Shown: positions 28,274 through 38,730 of the stretch, piece by piece
Numbering within the stretch: position 1 is the stretch's first letter
Layout of the letters: the number at the start of each line of letters is the position of its first letter
NCBI GenBank assembly: GCA_041676805.1
Contig: JBAYRG010000001.1
Location: 1 to 47,354, forward strand
Direction: 5' to 3'
DNA from: Proteiniphilum sp.
Lineage (GTDB): Bacteria > Bacteroidota > Bacteroidia > Bacteroidales > Dysgonomonadaceae
Length of the DNA: 47,354 nt
Notes under the pieces: generated by a model
Seen by the model: only the letters and a program-made list of their open reading frames with translations
The model's database searches: none
Told to the model about the DNA's origin: nothing
Made by a program: the position numbers and the translations under genes

Positions 28274-29101
28274 ATGAAGAAAATAACAATTATTGGTGCA
28301 GGTGGGAAAATGGGTATGCGTATTTCCAGAAACCTGAAGGATGAGCTTTATGACATCTCCTATGTCGAAATCAGTGAAGAGGGGAGAATAAGGCTAAGAG
28401 AGCTAGGTCTCAGTTGTTCGTCGGAATCGGATTCTGTACCGGAGTCGGATGTGGTGATATTAGCGATCCCCGATGTTGCCATAGAATCGGTATCGCCCGG
28501 AATCGTGAAACTGATGAAACCTGGTTCCCTGGTTATTACACTCGATCCCGCCGCTCCTTACGCAGGAAAGCTTTACCATCGCTTCGATATCGCCTATTTT
28601 GTGACCCATCCTTCCCATCCTTCTATATTTAATTGGGAGCCTACCATTGAAGCCCAGAAAGATCATTTCGGAGGTAATCTGGCAAAACAAACCATGGTAT
28701 GTGCCTTAATGGATGGGGAAGAATCCGATTATGAACTGGGAGTAGAGATTGCGACAAAGATGTATGCCCCGATCTCTGTGGCACACAGAATTACCGTGGA
28801 ACAAATGGCCATTCTGGAACCCGGATTGGTGGAAACACTCTCATCTACTTGCATATATGTAATAAGACAAGCATTAGATGAGGTGATCAAACAAGGGATG
28901 CCTGCTGAGGCTGCGAAAGATTTTCTGTTGGGACATCTTCACATACAATTGGCTGTTCTTTTTGACCAGATCCCCGGTGCGGTATTCTCGGATGCTGCCA
29001 ATAAAGCTATTACATATGGGATTAATGAAATATTTAAGTCCGATTGGAAAAAAGTATTGGGTATTGAGAATGTAAAAGAGCAGATATTGGCCATTACCTG
29101 A
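28274..29101 (+). CDS. apnO: D-apionate oxidoisomerase
   Basis: IIGAGGKMG, LAIPD, LDPAAPYAG, THPSHP, DHFGG, EQMAILEPGL, FLLGH and FSDAA motifs. Likely start is MKKITII. Confidence 0.85.
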   Translation: MKKITIIGAGGKMGMRISRNLKDELYDISYVEISEEGRIRLRELGLSCSSESDSVPESDVVILAIPDVAIESVSPGIVKLMKPGSLVITLDPAAPYAGKLYHRFDIAYFVTHPSHPSIFNWEPTIEAQKDHFGGNLAKQTMVCALMDGEESDYELGVEIATKMYAPISVAHRITVEQMAILEPGLVETLSSTCIYVIRQALDEVIKQGMPAEAAKDFLLGHLHIQLAVLFDQIPGAVFSDAANKAITYGINEIFKSDWKKVLGIENVKEQILAIT

Positions 29102-29121
29102 GCAGTTAAATTTCACGCTAT

Positions 29122-29811
29122 ATGGTTGACAGTTTGAAGAATGATGTGTACAGGGCTAACATTGAATTGGTGAAACATGGCTTAGTCATTTTCACCTGGG
29201 GAAATGTGAGTGCTATCGACAGGAAGGCAGGATTGGTCGTTATCAAGCCATCAGGGGTTCCTTATGATTCGATGCGCCCGGAAGATATGGTAGTAGTCGA
29301 CTTTGAGGGCAGGGTTGTAGAGGGTCATCTGAAACCATCTTCCGATACCCCTACCCATATTGCCTTGTATAGTGCTTTTTCAAAAATAGGGGGGATAACC
29401 CATTCACATTCCGTATTTGCCACTTCATGGGCACAGGCAGGTCTGGATATCCCATTACAGGGAACGACCCATGCCGATTATTTTGCCGGTAATATCCCAT
29501 GCACACGCGATATGAAGGAGACCGAAATCAATGATGAGTATGAGTGGGAGACCGGCAAGGTAATTGTGGAGAAGTTTACCTCTTCTGCTATAGATCCTCT
29601 TTTTACACCAGGTGTACTGGTGAGAAATCATGGTCCATTTTCATGGGGCAAGTCTGCTTCTGAAGCAGTGTTTCATGCAGTAGTCCTGGAACAGATCGCA
29701 AAAATGGCATATTTCTCATCCACCCTGAATCCTCAGTTCAAGATGAATGACTCTCTGGTAAAAAAGCATTTTTCACGAAAACATGGCCCTGATAAATACT
29801 ACGGACAATGA
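29122..29811 (+). CDS. araD: L-ribulose-5-phosphate 4-epimerase-like class II aldolase
   Basis: [39 protein letters not shown] and RKHG...YYGQ. Confidence 0.9.
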   Translation: MVDSLKNDVYRANIELVKHGLVIFTWGNVSAIDRKAGLVVIKPSGVPYDSMRPEDMVVVDFEGRVVEGHLKPSSDTPTHIALYSAFSKIGGITHSHSVFATSWAQAGLDIPLQGTTHADYFAGNIPCTRDMKETEINDEYEWETGKVIVEKFTSSAIDPLFTPGVLVRNHGPFSWGKSASEAVFHAVVLEQIAKMAYFSSTLNPQFKMNDSLVKKHFSRKHGPDKYYGQ

Positions 29812-31469
29812 ACAGGTATGTGATTGGCGTTGATTTTGGAACTGATTCCTGTCGCGTGTTGATCGTTAACGCACTGACAGGAGAAGAGGTTGTTTCATCG
29901 GTGAAATCGTATCGCCGATGGAGTGAGGGACTCTATTGTAATCGTCTGCAAAATCAATATCGACAACATCCTTTAGACTATATCGAAGCGATGGAAGGAG
30001 CGATAAGAGAGGCTATTTCAGAATCTACTTCAGGTATAGTCGATAAGATAGAAGGGATTGGGATAGATACTACCGGGAGTACCCCTGTCCTGACTAACAT
30101 AGATGGCACTCCGTTGGCTTTACTGGATCAGTTTTGTGATAATCCCAATGCCATGTTTGTCCTTTGGAAAGATCATACGTCCGTTGAAGAAGCGACCGAA
30201 ATAAACCGACTGGCAAAAAAATGGCATACCGACTATACTGCTTATGAAGGAGGGATTTATTCTTCGGAATGGGTATGGGCAAAAGTTCTTCATCTCCTTC
30301 GTGAAGATGAGGCTGTGCGTGAAGCGGCTTATTCATGGGTTGAACATTGCGATTGGGTTACCGGAATACTTACCGGAAAAACAAAACCAGAGACAATGCT
30401 TAGAAGTCGGTGTGCAGCTGGACATAAAGCAATGTGGCATCCTTCCTGGGGTGGTTTGCCTTCGGAAGAGTTCCTCACAGAACTTGATCCCCTTTTAGCC
30501 GATTTTCGAAATCGATTATTCACGGAGACAAGGACAAGTGATACAGTAGCGGGATATCTGACTCCAGAGTGGGCTTCCCGTTTGGGACTTTCTTCTCGTG
30601 TAGCGGTAGCTGTGGGCGCTTTTGATTGTCACATGGGAGCTGTGGGCGCCCACATCACACCGTACACACTGGTAAAGGTGATAGGAACTTCCACTTGTGA
30701 TATAATGGTTTCCTCATATGATGAAATTGGGAACAATCTTATCCCCGGCATATGTGGACAGGTTGACGGCTCCGTTATTCCTGGCATGATCGGTTTGGAA
30801 GCAGGTCAATCAGCATACGGAGATTTATTTGCGTGGTTCAGTCGGGTTTTGAAATGGCCTTTAAAAAATATCCTCTTAAAATCAGATATTGTAAATAGAG
30901 AAGTAATAACTCAACTAATTGAATATATAGAGGATAATATGCTGTCTGTTTTATCGAAAGAAGCGCAAAAGATACCAGTTTCGATAAGTTCTATGGTGGC
31001 TACCGATTGGCTTAACGGACGGAGAACACCCGATGCAGACCAACGGTTGAAAGCAACTGTTACGGGATTATCTTTAGGAAGTACAGCTCCGATGATATTC
31101 CGGGCTTTGGCTGAAGCTGCCGCATTCGGATCAAAAGCGATTGCCGATCGTTTCTTGGAAAATGGAGTAGCCATTCGTGAAGTAATAGCTGCAGGAGGCA
31201 TATCACATAAATCTCCCTTCGTGATGCAGACATTGGCTGACGTAATAGACATGCCTGTTAAAGTGGCCAAATCGACTCAAACGTGTGCTTTAGGAGCTGC
31301 TATGTTTGCTGCAGTTGCCGCAGACGTTTATCCTGATGTTGAAAGAGCTCAGTGGGCAATGAATTCCGGATATAACGCCATTTATCATCCAAATGAGAAA
31401 AACAGGGAGGTATATCGCGACTTATATTTAAAGTATCATGAACTAGGAATTATATCGGAAAACTTTTAA
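29808..31469 (+). CDS. araB: Ribulokinase-like FGGY kinase
   Basis: [48 protein letters not shown] and DWLNGRRTP. Start overlaps the araD stop (ATGA). Confidence 0.9.
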   Translation: MNRYVIGVDFGTDSCRVLIVNALTGEEVVSSVKSYRRWSEGLYCNRLQNQYRQHPLDYIEAMEGAIREAISESTSGIVDKIEGIGIDTTGSTPVLTNIDGTPLALLDQFCDNPNAMFVLWKDHTSVEEATEINRLAKKWHTDYTAYEGGIYSSEWVWAKVLHLLREDEAVREAAYSWVEHCDWVTGILTGKTKPETMLRSRCAAGHKAMWHPSWGGLPSEEFLTELDPLLADFRNRLFTETRTSDTVAGYLTPEWASRLGLSSRVAVAVGAFDCHMGAVGAHITPYTLVKVIGTSTCDIMVSSYDEIGNNLIPGICGQVDGSVIPGMIGLEAGQSAYGDLFAWFSRVLKWPLKNILLKSDIVNREVITQLIEYIEDNMLSVLSKEAQKIPVSISSMVATDWLNGRRTPDADQRLKATVTGLSLGSTAPMIFRALAEAAAFGSKAIADRFLENGVAIREVIAAGGISHKSPFVMQTLADVIDMPVKVAKSTQTCALGAAMFAAVAADVYPDVERAQWAMNSGYNAIYHPNEKNREVYRDLYLKYHELGIISENF

Positions 31470-31515
31470 TATAAACAATCATAGATAGACAGGTAAACCG
31501 TCGATTAAAAAAATC

Positions 31516-32964
31516 ATGGAAAAATCTAAAAGAAAATTTCTAAAAAACACAGCGATGGCTTGTAGTGCAATAATAATAGTTCCATCGCATGTCCTATTTG
31601 CAAAAAAAGAGGTAAGAGATCGAAAAGGAGAGTTGGTCAGATATGGATCGGTGGTACCCAGCGACAAGATAAATCTAGCATGTTGCGGTATTGGAAATCA
31701 GGGTGGTTCGGATATGAATATTATGTACAACACAGGATTATGTAATATTGTGGCTTTATGTGATACAGATATGGGAGCTCCTCATACGTTGAATCATATA
31801 AAGAAATTTCCGTATATTCCTCAGTATCGCGATTTTAGAAAAATGTTTGACAAGATGACAAACGATATTGATGCCGTCTTGGTAGGAACCCCTGATCACT
31901 CTCATTTTCCCATTACAATGCTGGCCCTGTCTTTAGGTAAACCTGTGTATGTAGAAAAACCTTTGGCTCGGACTTTCAATGAAATTGAACTGATGATGAA
32001 AGCGGCAAAAAAATATGGTGTTGTCACACAAATGGGAAATCAGGGACACTCTGAGGCGAATTATTTTCAATTTAAAGCATGGACGGAAGCAGGAATCATC
32101 AAAGATGTAATAACGATTATTGCCCATATGAATGGTGGTCGACGTTGGCATAAATTTGATGTGAATATGAAGAAGCTTCCCGATCCGGAGCCAATCCCGG
32201 AAACATTGGATTGGGATACCTGGTTGATGGCCGTTCAACATCATGACTACAACAAAGATTTTATTAACGGACAATGGCGTTGCTGGTATGATTTTGGTAT
32301 GGGAGCACTGGGCGACTGGGGGGCACATATTATCGACACTGCCCATGAATTCCTGGATCTTGGATTACCCTTTGAAATAAATCCCATTAAGCTTGAAGGG
32401 CATAATCCATTCTTTTTCCCGATGGCATCAACCATATTGTTCCGGTTTCCGGAACGGGACGGTATGCCTCCCTGCGATATCACCTGGTATGATGGCGTAA
32501 ATAATATTCCGGAGGTACCCGAAGGATATGGAGTCTCTGAATTAGATCCGAATATTCCTCCGACAAGTGTTGGAAAAATCCAACCTTCGAAGCTTAATCC
32601 GGGAAAAATTATTTATAGTAGGGATTTGATATTTAAAGGAGGATCTCATGGTCAGACATTGTCTATTATCCCGGAAGAAAAAGCCAAAGAGATGGAACAC
32701 CTTTTACCCGAAGTACCGGAGAGCACATCAAACCATTGGGCTAATTTCCTTAAAGCTGTGAAAGGAGAAGAAAAAGTACGGTCTCCGTTTGAGGTCGCCG
32801 GTCCGTTATCCCAGATATTCTGTCTTGGAGTATTAGCTCAAAAACTTAATACCAAACTGGAATTTGACCGTAAGAAAAAGATAATTACCAATAACAGATT
32901 AGCTAACGAATTGTTAGTTGGAGCTCCTCCACGCAAAGGATGGGAAGAGTTCTATAAGTTGTAA
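31516..32964 (+). CDS. Exported Gfo/Idh/MocA oxidoreductase (candidate glycoside 3-dehydrogenase)
   Basis: Tat-like leader SKRKFLK, CGIGNQG, TPDHSH, YVEKP, QMGNQG and WRCWYDFGMGALGDWGAH. Confidence 0.8.
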   Translation: MEKSKRKFLKNTAMACSAIIIVPSHVLFAKKEVRDRKGELVRYGSVVPSDKINLACCGIGNQGGSDMNIMYNTGLCNIVALCDTDMGAPHTLNHIKKFPYIPQYRDFRKMFDKMTNDIDAVLVGTPDHSHFPITMLALSLGKPVYVEKPLARTFNEIELMMKAAKKYGVVTQMGNQGHSEANYFQFKAWTEAGIIKDVITIIAHMNGGRRWHKFDVNMKKLPDPEPIPETLDWDTWLMAVQHHDYNKDFINGQWRCWYDFGMGALGDWGAHIIDTAHEFLDLGLPFEINPIKLEGHNPFFFPMASTILFRFPERDGMPPCDITWYDGVNNIPEVPEGYGVSELDPNIPPTSVGKIQPSKLNPGKIIYSRDLIFKGGSHGQTLSIIPEEKAKEMEHLLPEVPESTSNHWANFLKAVKGEEKVRSPFEVAGPLSQIFCLGVLAQKLNTKLEFDRKKKIITNNRLANELLVGAPPRKGWEEFYKL

Positions 32965-33040
32965 AGATAGTGCTATTGATAGATTTTTTGAAAATATATA
33001 ATATGATAAAATATAATTGATTATGATTTTCAGCAAAAAA

Positions 33041-34582
33041 ATGATTCGCCACCCTCTTGAAAATGTTTTAACCGTTCATTTCTTTTCCCTCCTTTTGAAA
33101 GGGAAGAGTGTCAAAATAAAATCCGTTTTTTTGTTTTTGATCTCTTTTCTGTTGATAGTGCCTTGTTTCGCACAACAAGAGGCTGAACAACTTTATGTAA
33201 GCAAGAAGAATCCTCATCTTCTGGCCACAGCCAGGGAGAAGCCGATATTCCTGAACAGTTTTACCGTTTGGAAGCTTTTAAGAAATGGCTCCCGGGAAGA
33301 TGTAATTGAGTTGATCGCTAACCTGAAAGATAAAAAGATCAATGCCATATCGATGATCATCCTTGATCTTGAGATGGCTGATCCCGGAAAGAACTTTTAT
33401 GGTGATTTTGCTTTCAAGCTGGATAAAGAGGAGCTGCCAAATCCTTTGAAACCTATCCTGACTCCCGGGAATAGCCCCGATTCCCCCGTCGAGTATGATT
33501 TCTGGGACCATCTGGACTGGGTTATCGAAAAAACAGATGAAAACGGGATGTATGTTGTTTTACATCCGGCCTGGGGTGACTGGTTTACCGGCTCTTACAA
33601 CGGTAAGCCGAACAAGTATATCATCTTTAACCGGGAGAATGCCTATAAATACGGTTATTGGGTAGCTGAAAGGTACAAGGATGCGAAAAATGTGATCTGG
33701 ATGGTCGGCGGAGACCGGTCGGGCGTTTACGAGGACCTCGACTACCGGAGTGTCTACACAGCCATGGCCAAAGGAATCACCGATGGGCTGGACAGTGGCT
33801 TGACAAAACCGCTTATCTCATTCCATCCGAGGAAATGGGCACCGAATTCGTCGGACTGGTTTCATCACGAGGAGTGGTTGACTTTCAATTCTATCCAGGA
33901 TACCCCTTATGACCAGGTTATTTCTGTCCCCAACGATTACCGGTTGACACCCGTCAAGCCGACCTGGCTTTGTGAGGGACGTTACGAAGGGGCAATAACG
34001 GACTGGGGTGTCAGGTACCAGGCGTGGCAGACCGTCCTGTCAGGCGGATTCGGACATACTTACGGCTCCGACGCCTGGAAATTCCCCAAAGACTGGCGGA
34101 AGTACCTTGATTTGCCCGGCCTCCGCCAAATGGAATACCTATACCATGCCGCACGTGAAATTTGGACAGACAAGCAGTTTTTAGGGAGGACTCCCGATCA
34201 GGAGTTGATCATAGGAGAGCAGGGAGAGACAATCGGGGATGGAAATACCCGGGAGGATGGTGATGGTGGCGGTGCGGCAGCGTCGTCCATAAAGGGTGGA
34301 CATTCAGACCGGATTACCGCCATGCGCGGTAATGATAGGAGCTGGGCAATGGTTTATACTGCCGGCGGAAAAGATGTCCATCTCGACCTTACAAAGTTAA
34401 AAGGGAGGCTGAATGCCTATTGGTTTAATCCGAGAACCGGAATGTGGTGGGTTGATGGGCATGAATCGACAGCAATGCGACCCTTCCGGAAAAGAATAAA
34501 AACAGGAAAGGGAGATTTGGTTTTTGATGCACCCGGAGATCCTAAAAATGAAAACGACTGGGTATTAATTCTGAAGAAATAA
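33041..34582 (+). CDS. GH140/DUF4038 apiosidase-like glycosidase (divergent) with C-terminal collagen-binding-like domain
   Basis: Signal peptide ending CFA; YDFWDHLD, PAWGD, YGYWVAERYK, WMVGGD, SFHP, EGRYE, GHTYG and WFNPRTG...DWVLIL. Start uncertain (33017-33095). Confidence 0.8.
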   Translation: MIRHPLENVLTVHFFSLLLKGKSVKIKSVFLFLISFLLIVPCFAQQEAEQLYVSKKNPHLLATAREKPIFLNSFTVWKLLRNGSREDVIELIANLKDKKINAISMIILDLEMADPGKNFYGDFAFKLDKEELPNPLKPILTPGNSPDSPVEYDFWDHLDWVIEKTDENGMYVVLHPAWGDWFTGSYNGKPNKYIIFNRENAYKYGYWVAERYKDAKNVIWMVGGDRSGVYEDLDYRSVYTAMAKGITDGLDSGLTKPLISFHPRKWAPNSSDWFHHEEWLTFNSIQDTPYDQVISVPNDYRLTPVKPTWLCEGRYEGAITDWGVRYQAWQTVLSGGFGHTYGSDAWKFPKDWRKYLDLPGLRQMEYLYHAAREIWTDKQFLGRTPDQELIIGEQGETIGDGNTREDGDGGGAAASSIKGGHSDRITAMRGNDRSWAMVYTAGGKDVHLDLTKLKGRLNAYWFNPRTGMWWVDGHESTAMRPFRKRIKTGKGDLVFDAPGDPKNENDWVLILKK

Positions 34583-34590
34583 AACGAAAA

Positions 34591-35484
34591 ATGAAAACAA
34601 TTCAACTTTTTATTCTTGCAATTTTGATCGTTCTGCCATTCGCTCTTTTCTCAAAAGAAAAAGGATCGAAATTTGCTGGAGTCCAGATCGGTATTACCAC
34701 TTACAGTTATCGTAGTATGCCTGATCAGTCATTGGATGCTGTTTTAAATTATCTGGTTGAATCCGGAATAAATTCAGTAGAATTAAAGGGAGATCCGCTC
34801 GAGAAGTATTTGGGTATTCCTGACAAGAATGATCATGAGGGAAGGAAGAATTGGCGTAAATCTGTATCAATGAAGAAATTTAAGGAGATACGTAAGATGT
34901 TTGCAGCCAAAGGGATAAAAATCGATATTGTGAAGTTTGAAGCAGGTATAACCGATTGGTCAGATGCTGAAATCGACTACGCTTTTGCCGTATGTAAAAC
35001 ACTCGGAGCTCGTGGTATATCGATGGAAATTTCTGAAGATGTGGCAAAACGATTCGCACCATTTGCCAATAAACACAAGCGTTATGTTATTCTTCATAAT
35101 CACGGACAACCGGGAAATCCTGACTTCAGCTTTGATCAGATTTTGGCATATAGCCCTTATCTGATGTTAAATCTGGATGTCGGCCATTTCTTTGGTGCAA
35201 CCGGAATGCATCCCAATGAGGTAATAGAAAGACTTCATAATCGTATTGCAAGCCTACATCTAAAAGATAAAACCGGACCGACGGCAGTCAACCCAAATCA
35301 GAATATGCCCTGGGGTGAAGGAGAAACTCCAATTGAAGATATTCTTCGACTGATTCAGAGAAACAAATGGCCGATTACCTGCGATATTGAGTTGGAACAT
35401 AAAATACCTGAAGGATCCGATGCCGTAAATGAAGTCATCGAATGTGTGAATTACTGTAAAAGATGTTTGTTATCCCCGCTATAA
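34591..35484 (+). CDS. Secreted sugar-phosphate-isomerase-like TIM barrel (candidate 3-ketoglycoside lyase)
   Basis: Signal peptide, GVQIGITTYSYR, HNH, LDVGHF, HLKD, PWGEGETP and IELE. Confidence 0.8.
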   Translation: MKTIQLFILAILIVLPFALFSKEKGSKFAGVQIGITTYSYRSMPDQSLDAVLNYLVESGINSVELKGDPLEKYLGIPDKNDHEGRKNWRKSVSMKKFKEIRKMFAAKGIKIDIVKFEAGITDWSDAEIDYAFAVCKTLGARGISMEISEDVAKRFAPFANKHKRYVILHNHGQPGNPDFSFDQILAYSPYLMLNLDVGHFFGATGMHPNEVIERLHNRIASLHLKDKTGPTAVNPNQNMPWGEGETPIEDILRLIQRNKWPITCDIELEHKIPEGSDAVNEVIECVNYCKRCLLSPL

Positions 35485-35591
35485 CTACTTCTAATCATCC
35501 TTTAGGTGAGTATCCTGTAAAATGTAAAGATATCAGTCAATTGCAAAATTCAAATAAAGTCTAATTATTAATCTAAACAAATGAGAATGAG

Positions 35592-38500
35592 ATGAAATTA
35601 AACACAAAATTATTATTGTTCGCATTTCTTTTTATCCCTGTTTGTGTACTTGCACAACAGCAGGTAACCGTAAAAGGGAAGGTTGTAGAAATCGATACTG
35701 GCGACCCTTTGCCGGGTGTAAATGTTCTTGTGGATAAGTCCACGAGGGGTGTAACCACCGATATCGATGGTACTTTCGAAATTAGGGTATTGACCACTGA
35801 TAAACTGTTGTTCTCTTTTATTGGGATGCAGTCCCAAACAGTTGAGGTGAAAAATAAGACGTATCTTGAAGTAGTGATGCAACCTTTAATTGATGAATTG
35901 GAAGAAGTTACTATTGTAGCTTTCGGTAAACAGAAGAAAGAGAGTGTGATTTCTTCCATCGAAACGGTCAATGCCAAAGATCTTCGGGTACCGTCAAGTA
36001 ACCTAACGACCGCATTTGCAGGAAGAATGTCGGGGATGATCTCTTATCAGACCAGCGGTGAACCGGGACAGGATAATGCTAATTTTTTTATCCGGGGGAT
36101 CACTTCCTTTGGAACCGGGAAAGTGGACCCTTTGATATTGATCGACAATGTGGAGATGACCACACATGATCTTTCCCGATTGCATCCGGATGATATACAG
36201 AGCTTTTCCATCCTGAAAGATGCGACTGCCACCGCCTTGTATGGTGCCAGAGGGGCGAATGGTGTCATTCTGGTAACGACGAAGGAGGGAAAAGAAGGAA
36301 CTGTAAAAGTTTCGGTGCGTATAGAGAATTCGTTTTCGTCCCCAACGGAAAAAATAGAAATGGCCGATCCGGTCACCTATATGCAGATGGCCAATGAAGC
36401 TGCCCTTACTAGAAATCCATTGGCTCCAATGCCGTATTCCAACAACAAGATCGAGAATACGATGAAAGGATTGAATCCATATGTGTATCCAGCCGTGAAC
36501 TGGATGGATATGTTGATGAAAGATGTAGCTGTCAACCAGAGAGCCAATCTCAATATTTCGGGTGGAGGAAAAGTTGCCCGTTACTACATTGCCGGTTCAT
36601 TTTCTCAGGACAACGGGATATTAAAAGTGGATAAACGGAATAATTTCAACAACAATATTGACCTGAAAAAATTCCTGATCCGGTCGAATATCAACATAAA
36701 CTTGACTCCTTCAACTGAAGCGATAATCCGTGTCCATGGAACCTTTGATGATTATGTCGGCCCTATTACCGGTGGTAGCGACCTGTACCAGAAAATACTA
36801 AACGTCAGTCCCGTTCGGTTTCCCGCGTACTTTGAGCCAGACAAAGCCAATCAGTATACCCAGCATATTTTGTTTGGTGGCCAAGAAGATGATTCTTATA
36901 TGAATCCGTATGCCGAAATGGTTAAAGGTTACCGGGAAGAAAGTACAACGGTGATGATGGCACAAATGGAATTTAAACAGGATTTTGACAAATGGGTAAA
37001 AGGGTTAACTGGTAGGCTTTTGGGGAATACCACTCGAAACTCTTCTTTCAACCTTTCCCGTGCCTATAATCCATTTTATTACGAAGTATCCCAGTATGAC
37101 CGGTTTAAAGATGAATACCTACTGACTGAATTGAATCGGGACGGCGGTACGGAATATTTGAATTACAGTCCTGGTGACAAGATTATTTCCAGTTCATTTT
37201 ATGCAGAAGGATCTGTCGCTTATAATGAAACTTTCGGACAGCATGGGGTAAGTGGGATGTTGGTTGGGATAGTAAGGAATTCCCTGACCGCCAATGCTAG
37301 GACTTTATCTGAATCGCTGCAGAAAAGAAATCTGGGTCTGTCCGGACGTTTTACGTATGACTATGATACCCGTTATCTGGCTGAATTTAATTTCGGCTAC
37401 AACGGTTCTGAAAAATTCGATAAAGGGCACCGTTGGGGATTTTTCCCGTCATTTGGTTTGGGATGGGTAGTGTCCAATGAATCTTACTGGAAAGGAAGTG
37501 AGATCAATTCTCTGATATCCAAACTGAAGATACGAGGAACTTATGGTCTGGTAGGTAATGATGAGATTGGAAACGAGCGATTTTTTTATCTGTCAGATGT
37601 GAATATCGGAGGAGGAGGCTCTTTTACTACCGGTTATGATTTTAGCAGAACCAGAACCGGAGTTAAAATTAATAGCTACCCTAATTCCGAAATTGGTTGG
37701 GAAATCGCATACAAAACCAACATAGGGCTGGAGTTAAGCCTATTCAAAGATAAAATTGAAGTTTTGGCTGATTTATATAAGGAGCATAGAACCAATATTT
37801 TGCAAACCAGGGCAGATATTCCTACCTCTATGGGCTTATGGGCCACCCCTAAAGGAAACCTCGGAGAGGCAGACGGAAAAGGACTCGACATATCAATCGA
37901 TTATAACCAGTCATTTGGTAAAGATTTCTGGATTACTGGAAGAGGTAACTTTACCTATGCCCGTGCAGTCTACAAATATTACGAGGAACCCGACTTAAGT
38001 GAGATCCCTTGGAGATCCAAGATCGGATTGCCGATCTCTCAAAAACATGGTTTTGTGGCGGAGCGCCTTTTTATTGATGAGGCCGATGTTCGGAATTCTC
38101 CTCGTCAGGATGTAGACGAATATGGCCCTGGCGATATCAAATACAAGGATATTAATGGCGACGGAATCATAAACGAGATTGATATGGTGCCGATTGGACG
38201 TCCTACCACTCCAGAAGTTAACTATGGATTTGGATTATCGGCTGGATATAAAAACCTCGATTTTTCATTTTTCTTTTCCGGATCCGCCCGCTCTTCTTTT
38301 TGGATCGATCCCGGGAAAATGTCCCCTTTTATAAAATCAATTTCTGGAGGAAAGATACTCGAAACAGGTGTGGCTAAATTTATTGCAGATGACTATTGGT
38401 CGGAATCTTCTCAAAATCCTTTTGCCGGTTGGCCCAGGTTATCCAATTATGGGATAACCAATAATGTGCAACGGAGTACCTGGTTTATGCAAGACGGCTC

Positions 38501-38711
38501 TTACTTACGGTTGAAGAGTGTGGAAATGGGTTACTCCTTGCCTTCATCGTTGGTTAAAAAACTTCGGTTGGATGCATGCCGACTCTATTTGAGCGGCACC
38601 AATCTACTTAAGATCAGCAAGTTCAAATTATGGGACGTGGAGATGGGAGGCAACGGTTTGGGCTATCCCTTGCAACGTGTAACCAACGTCGGTATTAATG
38701 TTTCATTCTGA
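35592..38711 (+). CDS. SusC/RagA TonB-dependent transporter
   Basis: N-terminal carboxypeptidase-regulatory-like domain, plug motif DIQSFSILKDATATALYGARGANGVILVTTK, YNGSEKF...WGFFPS, PGDIKYKD, SYLRLKS and terminal Phe. Confidence 0.97.
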   Translation: MKLNTKLLLFAFLFIPVCVLAQQQVTVKGKVVEIDTGDPLPGVNVLVDKSTRGVTTDIDGTFEIRVLTTDKLLFSFIGMQSQTVEVKNKTYLEVVMQPLIDELEEVTIVAFGKQKKESVISSIETVNAKDLRVPSSNLTTAFAGRMSGMISYQTSGEPGQDNANFFIRGITSFGTGKVDPLILIDNVEMTTHDLSRLHPDDIQSFSILKDATATALYGARGANGVILVTTKEGKEGTVKVSVRIENSFSSPTEKIEMADPVTYMQMANEAALTRNPLAPMPYSNNKIENTMKGLNPYVYPAVNWMDMLMKDVAVNQRANLNISGGGKVARYYIAGSFSQDNGILKVDKRNNFNNNIDLKKFLIRSNININLTPSTEAIIRVHGTFDDYVGPITGGSDLYQKILNVSPVRFPAYFEPDKANQYTQHILFGGQEDDSYMNPYAEMVKGYREESTTVMMAQMEFKQDFDKWVKGLTGRLLGNTTRNSSFNLSRAYNPFYYEVSQYDRFKDEYLLTELNRDGGTEYLNYSPGDKIISSSFYAEGSVAYNETFGQHGVSGMLVGIVRNSLTANARTLSESLQKRNLGLSGRFTYDYDTRYLAEFNFGYNGSEKFDKGHRWGFFPSFGLGWVVSNESYWKGSEINSLISKLKIRGTYGLVGNDEIGNERFFYLSDVNIGGGGSFTTGYDFSRTRTGVKINSYPNSEIGWEIAYKTNIGLELSLFKDKIEVLADLYKEHRTNILQTRADIPTSMGLWATPKGNLGEADGKGLDISIDYNQSFGKDFWITGRGNFTYARAVYKYYEEPDLSEIPWRSKIGLPISQKHGFVAERLFIDEADVRNSPRQDVDEYGPGDIKYKDINGDGIINEIDMVPIGRPTTPEVNYGFGLSAGYKNLDFSFFFSGSARSSFWIDPGKMSPFIKSISGGKILETGVAKFIADDYWSESSQNPFAGWPRLSNYGITNNVQRSTWFMQDGSYLRLKSVEMGYSLPSSLVKKLRLDACRLYLSGTNLLKISKFKLWDVEMGGNGLGYPLQRVTNVGINVSF

Positions 38712-38730
38712 CTTTTTAAATTTTAGAGAT

